Assembly (NCBI GenBank): GCA_048881705.1 | Contig: JBHLSH010000045.1 | Span: forward strand, 1 to 31,722 | Origin: Candidatus Heimdallarchaeota archaeon | GTDB taxonomy: Archaea > Asgardarchaeota > Heimdallarchaeia > Hodarchaeales > Hodarchaeaceae | DNA length: 31,722 bases | Direction: 5' to 3' | In this document: piece by piece, positions 17,398 through 25,639 of the stretch | How positions within the stretch are numbered: position 1 is the first letter of the stretch | Layout: each line of letters begins with the position of its first letter | Notes under the pieces: model-generated | Seen by the model: only the letters and a program-made list of their open reading frames with translations | Databases searched by the model: none | What the model was told of the DNA's origin: nothing | Made by a program: the position numbers and the translations under genes

Positions 17398-17874
17398 CTA
17401 TTTATGCAGAACTAGTTCTGCGCCCGCACCTGCATAAGGAGCCTTAACTCTTATGCTTTCAATACCTTTGATCTTCCAGAAAATCATAGCAAACTCCTGA
17501 ACAGAGTTCAGCAGCTGGGTGGCGATTTCCAAGTTAATTTCCTGGCGGGCTTGGCTTGCCTGCTGCATAATCCTCGGAACCAGATCTGAAATTTCCGGAA
17601 ACTGTTCTACGTGAACAGGTTTGATAAAATCTCCCCATATGACTCTGATTTCGTGTTTAACCAGTTCCGCGTGCTCCTCTTTCGTTGCAATATAACGACT
17701 AAACTTGTGGGCATTGGCCTGATCAGTCCTGTTCGGTAAATCATTGATGAGATTAACCATTCTAATAACGGTATGCGCAGCTACTTGGGCCAAATGCGGA
17801 TCGTAAATCCCACACGGAATATCGCAATGGGCATAACCTATCTCGGGTTTTAGGATTTTTTCCATTATTTTCAT
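17398..17874 (-). CDS. sodN: Nickel-containing superoxide dismutase precursor
   Basis: Ni-hook HCDIPCGIYDP at residue 16 (codon 17827-17829) after a 15-aa leader, followed by helical-bundle motifs KEEHAELVKHEI..IWGDF and FW. AGGTGA SD lies 5 nt before the ATG. Confidence 0.96.
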   Translation of the reverse strand: MKIMEKILKPEIGYAHCDIPCGIYDPHLAQVAAHTVIRMVNLINDLPNRTDQANAHKFSRYIATKEEHAELVKHEIRVIWGDFIKPVHVEQFPEISDLVPRIMQQASQARQEINLEIATQLLNSVQEFAMIFWKIKGIESIRVKAPYAGAGAELVLHK

Positions 17875-17906
17875 TCATTTCACCTAATTGTTTTTTCTTT
17901 TCATAA

Positions 17907-17940
17907 AACGAGACCTAGCTCGTTGTTAAACGCATTTATA
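17907..17940 (-). promoter_or_regulatory. sodN promoter: TATAAA (17940-17935) with an inverted repeat AACGAG-N6-CTCGTT (17907-17924) over the expected start site
   Basis: Both elements were read directly from the sequence, and their spacing fits archaeal promoter geometry. Confidence 0.55.
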
Positions 17941-18100
17941 CTCTCAGTCCTTAAAAACTTTAACAGTTTCTCCGCGTAAGTTCGTAGTTTAAACCCATGA
18001 TTTTGAATATTTTGGGCTTTTTCCGAAGATATGCCACGGAGACATCAAATTCTGAGTTGAATTGGGAGATGGAATTCCTAAGTTAGGAGATCGGCTAAAA

Positions 18101-18811
18101 TTAGGGATCAGATGATTTTGTTGGCCGAACACATAGGATTTTAGAAAGTTGGACAGGAATATTTTCTCTTCGATCATTCATTGCAACGATGACTCCCTTA
18201 TCACTCTTTTCTTCGACCTGTAATTCAATTCCTACCTTATTGATGCCAATGCTTTCCAATGTACGAGCTGTATCGTTGAAATGAGACGAAACACGAGTCA
18301 ATGTAACTAATGTTCCATTGGGAATATCTAGAAGGCAAGGGTCGCTACATCCCAGATCTTTAACCTCGCCATGAGGAATAGGCATACCAAAAGGAGTTTT
18401 CTTGGTTCTTAATTTCTTATATATAAAATCAGCCAGGACGTCAGAAATACCATGTTCGATAAGACAGGCCTGTTCATGGAGGATGTTAAATGGAACATCA
18501 AAGACTTCATATAACATAGCTTCAGCAAGGCGGTGATTCCTAGCAATTCTTCTTGCTGCGTGGAACCCCTTTCTGGTCAGTTTCATACCTTCATATGGCT
18601 TATAATCTACATATTCCTCTTTCTCCAACTTACGGCGTACTATATTCGTCAGCTGGGTTTTCCCTATTTTCCCTCCTAGTCTATTGAGGATTTCTCCCAT
18701 TTTAATGCGTTGATCGTCTGATGAGGCATCTACCGATAGATCAAACAGGCATTCCATTATTTCTTGCTCAGGAACGCGAAGACCCTCGGTGGGACTGTGC
18801 ATTTCGGGCAA
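18101..18811 (-). CDS. DtxR/IdeR/MntR-family metal-dependent repressor with C-terminal FeoA (SH3-like) domain
   Basis: YKPYEGMKLTRKG wing, RNHRLAE, LHEQACLIEH (aligns with DtxR VHDEACRWEH), TPFGMPIP and FeoA-like C-terminus. Confidence 0.92.
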   Translation of the reverse strand: MPEMHSPTEGLRVPEQEIMECLFDLSVDASSDDQRIKMGEILNRLGGKIGKTQLTNIVRRKLEKEEYVDYKPYEGMKLTRKGFHAARRIARNHRLAEAMLYEVFDVPFNILHEQACLIEHGISDVLADFIYKKLRTKKTPFGMPIPHGEVKDLGCSDPCLLDIPNGTLVTLTRVSSHFNDTARTLESIGINKVGIELQVEEKSDKGVIVAMNDRRENIPVQLSKILCVRPTKSSDP

Positions 18812-18952
18812 TCTTATCTCCAGCCGTTATTGATTTATTGTTTAATTTAAAATCTACTATCGAAATCCCATATTGAAGATTACCTTAGAATTTCTGGGAG
18901 CAGTTTATATCTAAAGACCAATCTTATATTTTCCCCCTAATTCTTTTCCTAC

Positions 18953-19729
18953 ATGTCGTTCGGGCCATCTACATTAATACATTTCCGGATTATTCTATAT
19001 TTACTACTAACAGTACTCGTTCTAATAGTATCTTTCTTTCCTGAAGGTTGGTTAGTCTATTGGATTGTCACAACGGAAAATCTGGATCTTATTCATTACC
19101 TTCTTTCCCCATTGTATCTTTTTTTAACATACTGTGCTACAGTTGTATTTTTCGGAGTTGTGCATAGCCAAATTATCATCCGAGGGTTACGCTTACTTCC
19201 ATATCGAGTAGAACCAGGCATCTACCCCCATCATTCAGCAATGGGTAGGGCTGTAGGAATACGAATTGCCGCGGATGGTATTTTTAAGTCTATGCTGAAA
19301 GTTTTCACTTTTCTTCCCTTTGTTTGGGGAATTTTTCTTTTTCCATACGGAATGAGACTATATGGGTTACGAGTAGGAAAGAATTCACATATTGCTACGA
19401 GAACATATATCGAAGGAGCCGGATTGGTTGAAATTGGGGAAGATACATTTATTGGCTATAATTCCGTCGTGACAGGACATCGGAATGAAGATCGTGCAAT
19501 CAAGGTAAATCCTACAAAAATTGGAAATCATTGTCTCGTTGGTGCTTATTCAGTTGTGGCCAATGGAGCTGAAATGGAAGATGGATCAGTATTAGGAGCC
19601 ATGAGTGGGCTTCTTACGATGAAAATCCCCCAAAACGAAGTATGGGCAGGAGTCCCTGCAAAATTCCTGAAGAAAAAGGGCGGAAAATTCGGCGGCAAAT
19701 TACCGACTCAAAGTCAAGATGCTGGGTAA
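18953..19729 (+). CDS. Membrane-anchored left-handed beta-helix (hexapeptide-repeat) acyltransferase
   Basis: Two or three N-terminal TM segments, then hexapeptide repeats (RVGKNSHI, EIGEDTFIGYNSVV, KIGNHCLVGAYSVV) and terminal WAGVPAK. Confidence 0.85.
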   Translation: MSFGPSTLIHFRIILYLLLTVLVLIVSFFPEGWLVYWIVTTENLDLIHYLLSPLYLFLTYCATVVFFGVVHSQIIIRGLRLLPYRVEPGIYPHHSAMGRAVGIRIAADGIFKSMLKVFTFLPFVWGIFLFPYGMRLYGLRVGKNSHIATRTYIEGAGLVEIGEDTFIGYNSVVTGHRNEDRAIKVNPTKIGNHCLVGAYSVVANGAEMEDGSVLGAMSGLLTMKIPQNEVWAGVPAKFLKKKGGKFGGKLPTQSQDAG

Positions 19730-19924
19730 TTTCTACCTATTTAAATCGCCAAAATTCCTTCAAGTATTGGGAAAAGGGCTTAGAGCCAATTAATGATCAT
19801 TTATCTTAGGGCTGATTTTGTGATATTCATGGCGGAAATTGAGGGAGGCCAATTATGGCAGGGGATGAATAATATAATTCATGTCTGTTAGACCATCCCA
19901 TCACTCCCATCATGAGAGATTCGC

Positions 19925-21361
19925 ATGTTAGATATCCTAGAGAAATCCGTAACATTCGGTGAAACACTCGGTGCCAGGTTTGTTGATGCACGGTACGATA
20001 ACCTGACCCTCCGAACCCTCCAGAGAATAAATGATGTTTGGAAGGATGTTTTGATAAGAAGCCGAACTGGAGTAGGTATAACCGCCTATTTTGAGGGTGC
20101 GAAGGGATATGCATTTACTGGAAGTACAGACACGAGTGTTGTTAAAGAAACGGTAAAGCGAGCAGTGAAACTGGCAAAGGCAACTGCATCTGCTGTTTCA
20201 TTAAAATTAGAATTTGAAAATGGCGATGCGGTCAACTCAGCGAGTGCAGACTTAAGCAAACGCCTGATCAAAATTCATCCAGACGAGAAAGATCTTGATT
20301 TCAAGATTGGGATGGTAGATCGGGCTTTGGAGTCGGCCCGGGAACATGGTAAGAACATAAATACGGTGCGTGCTCTTTATGGTGAATTGTATGGTAAGAA
20401 ACTTTTTACGAACTCAGATCATAGTATTATTGACTGGGAATTCGAAGTAGTAGATTTGAGAACGTTGGTCACATCGAAAACAGATGAGGGTCACCTAGTA
20501 AACGGATTTCAGGGATATGGCGGAACCTGGGGCCTGGAAGTTTATAATAATCCAGGTAAAACTCCCGAGGCCATTGGAGCAAGCGCAGGAGAAAGTGCCA
20601 AAGAGCAGTTGGAAGCTAAGGCGTGCCCCGGGGGAAAATTTCGTGCATTGACTGAAAATCGTTTGACAGGCGTTTTGGCACACGAATCTTTCGGACATTT
20701 ATCAGAAGGTGATTTCGTCGTTACAGGAGGATCGCCTTTGACAGATAAAATCGGAAAACATCTGGGTTCTAAATACGCATCAATAATTGATACGGGAACG
20801 CCTGATATCTCTTCATACGGAGGCCTCTGGGTTCCTTTTGATGATCAAGGTATTCGTGGAGGTGAAACGGTTGTTCTTGACCAAGGGATCCTACAGTATT
20901 ATCTACATGATAGGGGTACGGCGAATTATTTAGATCAAAAACCGACGGGAAATTGTAGGGCACTACATTTCGGATATGGACCTATTCCTCGGATGACAAA
21001 CACGTATTTCACCCCAGGCGATTTAAACGAGGAAGAAGCCCTGGAACTATTAGATACGGGTATTTATGCAATTCAGACTTCGGGCGGCCAGGTATCACTT
21101 GATGGATTCTTTGTGTTCAAAGCAGTGCGAGGTTATTGGGTTGAAAATGGAGAAAAAAAATACCCTTTGCGCGAAGTTAGCCTCTCGGGCAATATATTGA
21201 ACCTCCTGGGAATGATTGAAGGTGCAACCCGTGATCTCAGCCTTAACAGTGGATATTTCGGAGGTTGTGGCAAAGGTGGTCAATATCCATTACCAGTTGG
21301 ATTGGGCGGACCCAAACTGGTGTTTTCTGAAGTCACATTTGGGGGTAAGGCTGGAACTTGA
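19925..21361 (+). CDS. tldD: TldD metalloprotease subunit (copy 2)
   Basis: HESFGH, PFDDQG, GNCRA..PIPRMTNT, GGCGK. Confidence 0.95.
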   Translation: MLDILEKSVTFGETLGARFVDARYDNLTLRTLQRINDVWKDVLIRSRTGVGITAYFEGAKGYAFTGSTDTSVVKETVKRAVKLAKATASAVSLKLEFENGDAVNSASADLSKRLIKIHPDEKDLDFKIGMVDRALESAREHGKNINTVRALYGELYGKKLFTNSDHSIIDWEFEVVDLRTLVTSKTDEGHLVNGFQGYGGTWGLEVYNNPGKTPEAIGASAGESAKEQLEAKACPGGKFRALTENRLTGVLAHESFGHLSEGDFVVTGGSPLTDKIGKHLGSKYASIIDTGTPDISSYGGLWVPFDDQGIRGGETVVLDQGILQYYLHDRGTANYLDQKPTGNCRALHFGYGPIPRMTNTYFTPGDLNEEEALELLDTGIYAIQTSGGQVSLDGFFVFKAVRGYWVENGEKKYPLREVSLSGNILNLLGMIEGATRDLSLNSGYFGGCGKGGQYPLPVGLGGPKLVFSEVTFGGKAGT

Positions 21362-21379
21362 CTAGGAGGTATCTGGAAC

Positions 21380-22774
21380 ATGGAGTTTGAAACCATTAAA
21401 GACGAACTATTGGCTACGATTGATTCTTCTCTGAAGTATTCCCAATCTCTTGATACCAACGCAGAATTCGAAATCTATTTGGTCTATCTTAACAAATCAG
21501 AAGTAAATATAAATCAGGGGATGGTAGAGGCTGCTGACGGGATTTTGGCAGGAAATGCAGTTCGAGTTGTGACTGGCTTTGAAAGGCAAAAAAAAGTTGC
21601 TTTTTCTGCTGGAAGTGGAATAGATACAGATTCTGTGAAAAAAAATTTGAGAGAAGCACTTGCTATCAATATAAATCTAAACATAACGGATCCCCGATTT
21701 TTCGATTTTTGTGATCCGAAGCAACCCGGACACGAAGGATTGCTCAACGATGAGATACTCACCTTAGGTACAGCTGATCTTGTTCCCGGGAACATGGACT
21801 TAATAAAAGAATGCGCTGCTGTCGATTCCCGAATTAGGCGCGTTTCCAGCTCATCCACCGTTATATGGGGAGGTTTTGCCATTGGGAATACAAGGGGTAT
21901 TCAACAAGCTTCTCGAACCACTAGAAACACTTTTTCCGTGGATTGTACAGCGATTGGAGAAAACGATGAGAGAAAAGAAGGTTTTATCTATGAAACAGAG
22001 AGATCTAGGCTCGTAGATATCCAAGGAATGGGGAAAAAAGCCGGAAACAGGGCCATTGGCCAATTAGGAGGCATAAACCTTGATAAAACCGTGGTTCTTC
22101 CAACTATATGGGATCCAAATGCCGCTGCCTCGTATATTAGATCTGGACTTGGTCAATCCGCCAATGGGGCATCAGTGGTAGAAGGTCTTTCCCCTCTTGC
22201 CGATAAAATCGGTGAAAAAATCGCCAATCCCATTTTTTCGCTGGTTGATGACGGTCAAAAGCCAAATGGAATATCTACTCATGCAATTGACCGCGAGGGG
22301 TATCCACAACAGAAAAATATCATTATAGAAGACGGAGTCCTCAAATCTTTCTTATTTAACTCATATTATGGTAATATTTTTGGTACTGAATCCACAGGAA
22401 ATTGTACTCGATCATCCAACCTCCCTTATGAGGGTACCCCCGGCATTCAAGGACTAAACTTTGAAACCAGTGTTGGCATAAAATCTGAGGATACACTAGT
22501 TCATTCCATTGATAGAAGGGGCATTTTAATCCGTGAAATGCCTATGGGTATGTTTCACAGTAACGTATCTACCGGAGAATTTTCAGTTGTTGCCAATGAA
22601 TCATACCTAATCGAAAATGGAACCATTCAAGGACCTATCAGAGCTACGTCAGTTGCAGGGAATTTTTATGACGGTTTGAAGAATATCAGGGAGCTAGCCG
22701 ATAATAAAAGAAAAACCCCTTATGGAGTAGAAACGCCTAGTATTTTGTTTGACGGATTCTCCATTGTGGCCTAA
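21380..22774 (+). CDS. pmbA: TldE/PmbA subunit (copy 2)
   Basis: IDREGYP, STGNC, TGEFS, VAGNF; no HExxxH; GGAGGT SD; follows tldD copy 2 by 18 nt. Confidence 0.92.
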   Translation: MEFETIKDELLATIDSSLKYSQSLDTNAEFEIYLVYLNKSEVNINQGMVEAADGILAGNAVRVVTGFERQKKVAFSAGSGIDTDSVKKNLREALAININLNITDPRFFDFCDPKQPGHEGLLNDEILTLGTADLVPGNMDLIKECAAVDSRIRRVSSSSTVIWGGFAIGNTRGIQQASRTTRNTFSVDCTAIGENDERKEGFIYETERSRLVDIQGMGKKAGNRAIGQLGGINLDKTVVLPTIWDPNAAASYIRSGLGQSANGASVVEGLSPLADKIGEKIANPIFSLVDDGQKPNGISTHAIDREGYPQQKNIIIEDGVLKSFLFNSYYGNIFGTESTGNCTRSSNLPYEGTPGIQGLNFETSVGIKSEDTLVHSIDRRGILIREMPMGMFHSNVSTGEFSVVANESYLIENGTIQGPIRATSVAGNFYDGLKNIRELADNKRKTPYGVETPSILFDGFSIVA

Positions 22775-22814
22775 ATAGCAACAGAAATGGAATTTACTGG
22801 AAATCTTATCCAGG

Positions 22815-23198
22815 TCATTCCTTGGTTACCACGAATCCTTCTCCTCTTAGCACGGAGATCGCTTTATCCAGATCTTCCTCTTTTATTAATATATAGTCAG
22901 TGTTGAATGTAGAGATGGCAAAAATACTTATTTTCTGATTGGCTAAAGGATTTGCAATGGAAACAAGGATACCATACAGATTGAACTCCAATGGACCGTT
23001 AACTTTGAGATAGCGCCATCCACGCTCAGCTTTAAGATTGGAATCTAGCTCTTCTTCCTTTATGATAATTGAAATCTCGTTTTCAGTTTTCGTGATGGAC
23101 CAAAACGGACTTAAATCTTCAAAGTTAGGAAGGGTGGCATCTGGGCTCAGTTGAAAGATCGCTAGGCGTGTTTTACCCACCAAAAGACTGAATTTCAT
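22815..23198 (-). CDS. ACT-domain protein (ACT_7/CASTOR-like family)
   Basis: FWSITKTENEISII and WRYLKVNGPLEFNLYGIL..PLANQKISIFAISTFNTDYILIK are typical of this family. Confidence 0.88.
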   Translation of the reverse strand: MKFSLLVGKTRLAIFQLSPDATLPNFEDLSPFWSITKTENEISIIIKEEELDSNLKAERGWRYLKVNGPLEFNLYGILVSIANPLANQKISIFAISTFNTDYILIKEEDLDKAISVLRGEGFVVTKE

Positions 23199-23403
23199 TC
23201 AAATTATCCTCAGAAATAATACCTGAACACCAAAAAAAACCTGCATTTATATTTACCCATCCACGGAATTGATTAATAAGATTAGAGGTCATAAATAATC
23301 GTATAATGGTTTATCCTAAATTTAATAGGTTCAAGAGGATAAAAATAGATCGTAAATAAAGGATGGACGTGTTTTAGAGAATTAAAAGGAGTTTGGCCCA
23401 ACT

Positions 23404-23721
23404 ATGCGTTATGAAGAAGCTTACCTGGTAATTATACAGGCTCGCGAAGATTTTCCAAATACAATGACCGAAGAAGAAAAAAAGATCATGAGCGATCATT
23501 ATGCCACCTTAAAGAGATACATGGATCAAGATAAGCTGATATTGGCAGGACCAACCTTGGATGATAGCGGTGGGTACATTATTTTGAATGTATCCTCAAA
23601 GGAAGAAGCGGTCAAGCTTATGTCGCAGGATCCTTCAGTGTTGGCGGGAATTATGACTGTTACCTATCATCCATTTCGTGTTTCTCTAATCAAGTGTCCT
23701 TCGACCAACATTATGAGCTGA
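23404..23721 (+). CDS. YciI-family protein
   Basis: H..LKR..LILAGPT..GGYIILNVSSKEEA..DPSV pattern; 105 aa. Confidence 0.85.
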   Translation: MRYEEAYLVIIQAREDFPNTMTEEEKKIMSDHYATLKRYMDQDKLILAGPTLDDSGGYIILNVSSKEEAVKLMSQDPSVLAGIMTVTYHPFRVSLIKCPSTNIMS

Positions 23722-23851
23722 AATGGGAATAAGATGCTCGAGCACAAATCATGTTATTTTCACACGCCATTTGAACCGTTACCTGAAATTGACAAGACGA
23801 TGAGGATATGCATGTTCCTATCGTATTGATCCTATCTTTCAATTTCAGAAA

Positions 23852-25249
23852 TCAAGAAGGAGAGATCAGATTGGCAGGATTTAGGATTTTATCTAATTTT
23901 TTCTCAGAAATCAAGTCTTCTTCTCTTACAACTTCTCGAATCGTTTTTCCTTGTGTGTAGGCCTTATGGGCTATACTAGCGGCTCGCTCGTACCCAACAA
24001 TTGGAGATAACAGTGTTACGAGCATGAGATTTTGATTTAGGTTTTCTTTGAGTTTGGTGTGATTAACGATCAATCCGTTCACACAACGATCTGCAAAATT
24101 TATCGCTACGTCCCCTAGCAGCTGAATTGATTGAAGAAGATTGAAAATCATTACGGGTTTGAAGACGTTCAGTTCGAAGTTCCCTTGAGATCCAGCAAAC
24201 GAAATGGAGACGTCGTTGCCAAGAATCTGAGCCACGACTTGAGTAACAGATTCTGATTGCGTTGGATTTATTTTACCAGGCATGATTGAAGAACCCGGCT
24301 CATTTGCAGGAAGAATGAGTTCTTGTAGACCATTGCGGGGTCCAGACCCCATCCAGCGGATATCATTTGCGATTTTCATTAGAGAAACTGAAACGACCTT
24401 AATGGCCCCACTTATCTCTACAATAGCATCATGGCTCGCCATTCCTTCGAATTTGTTTTCGCTAGATACGAAAGGAAGATTGGTTAGTACTGCGATGCGG
24501 CTTGCAGCTCGTTCCGCAAATTCAGGATGGGAGTTGATCCCTGTCCCCACTGCGGTTCCACCTATGGCTAATTCATAAAGATGAGGCAGAGCATTAGTGA
24601 TCCTAGTGATCCCATGTCGAATCTGAGTGGCATATCCCGAGAATTCTTGTCCCAAACTAATAGGAGTAGCATCCATCAAGTGTGTACGCCCAGACTTGAT
24701 GACGTCTTTATACTCCTCCATCTTCTCTGTAAGAATACTCAATAAACGGTTCAGAGCCGGAATTAAATGGTTGGAAATAGCTTGAACAGCTGAAACGTGC
24801 ATAACCGTGGGAATAATATCATTTGATGATTGTGATCGATTTACATGGTCATTGGGGTGGACTGGTGTCTTAGTTCCCAGACTTCCACCTAATATCTCAA
24901 TCGCACGATTCGAGATCACCTCATTCATGTTCATATTGGTTTGTGTGCCGGATCCAGTTTGCCATATGACCAGAGGGAAATGGTCATCCAGCTTGCCACC
25001 TCTAATCTCATCGGTTACCTGTATTATGACTTCAGCGATCTTTTCATCTATTAGGCCCAAATCTTTGTTGACCTCCGCACAGGCGCGTTTTACGATTGCC
25101 AATGCGTAGATGAACTCAGTTGGAAAAATTACATGTCCAGATGACCGAAAAGGAAAGTTATCAACACTACGTTGAGTTTGTGCTCCCCAATATTTGTCAT
25201 CTGGAACTTCAACCTCACCTAGACTATCTGCCTCTTTTCGAAAGCCCAT
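23852..25249 (-). CDS. fumC: Class II fumarate hydratase
   Basis: YWGAQTQRS, WQTGSGTQTNMN, HPNDHVN, GRTHLMDATP, signature GSSIMPGKINP. Confidence 0.96.
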   Translation of the reverse strand: MGFRKEADSLGEVEVPDDKYWGAQTQRSVDNFPFRSSGHVIFPTEFIYALAIVKRACAEVNKDLGLIDEKIAEVIIQVTDEIRGGKLDDHFPLVIWQTGSGTQTNMNMNEVISNRAIEILGGSLGTKTPVHPNDHVNRSQSSNDIIPTVMHVSAVQAISNHLIPALNRLLSILTEKMEEYKDVIKSGRTHLMDATPISLGQEFSGYATQIRHGITRITNALPHLYELAIGGTAVGTGINSHPEFAERAASRIAVLTNLPFVSSENKFEGMASHDAIVEISGAIKVVSVSLMKIANDIRWMGSGPRNGLQELILPANEPGSSIMPGKINPTQSESVTQVVAQILGNDVSISFAGSQGNFELNVFKPVMIFNLLQSIQLLGDVAINFADRCVNGLIVNHTKLKENLNQNLMLVTLLSPIVGYERAASIAHKAYTQGKTIREVVREEDLISEKKLDKILNPANLISPS

Positions 25250-25639
25250 CGATAACTACCAACCTGTTTCAGGATAAAAAGAAGTAAAGCGATACTGGTT
25301 TGATTAGAGGTTTCTTTCCAGAGTTAAAAATGTTCTAGATTCTTGATTCGGAATTTTCAAACAGATATATAGTCAAAGCCTTTCTAGTGGATTTGAACTG
25401 GCTGATATTCGTTCATAATGGCCACTGAAAACTGGTTATATTGTAATTATAGACCAACGGTACCACCAGAGAATATAAACGGCTTTGGAGAAGGAAAACT
25501 TTTTTTATCAAGTACACTAATCGTTCTTCATCCTTGTCACGGTTTTCGTCAGTTTGCGGAATCTAAATCCCAGATTGAGTGGGCGTTCTTAGGATACCCA
25601 AACAAATTGAACCATTTCGTGATTATCGAGGTGTTAAAA

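Noticed and set aside
18083-18101. Classical 19-bp DtxR box (TTAGG...CCTAA)
   Set aside because: Fewer than half of the positions match the consensus. Only the shorter inverted repeat is kept as a candidate.
4841-22774. RiPP biosynthetic cluster associated with the TldDE pairs
   Set aside because: No YcaO, radical SAM, lanthipeptide enzyme or Gly/Ser/Cys-rich precursor ORF was seen in the window.
23735-23744. Palindrome TGCTCGAGCA between yciI and fumC
   Set aside because: It is a single 10-bp palindrome between convergent genes with no second copy, so it is compatible with chance.
25418-25630. 71-aa N-terminal extension of SucC implied by the ORF track
   Set aside because: It has no similarity to SucC, family homology and the SD site begin at about 25631-25640, and the region is the fumC/sucC divergent promoter space.
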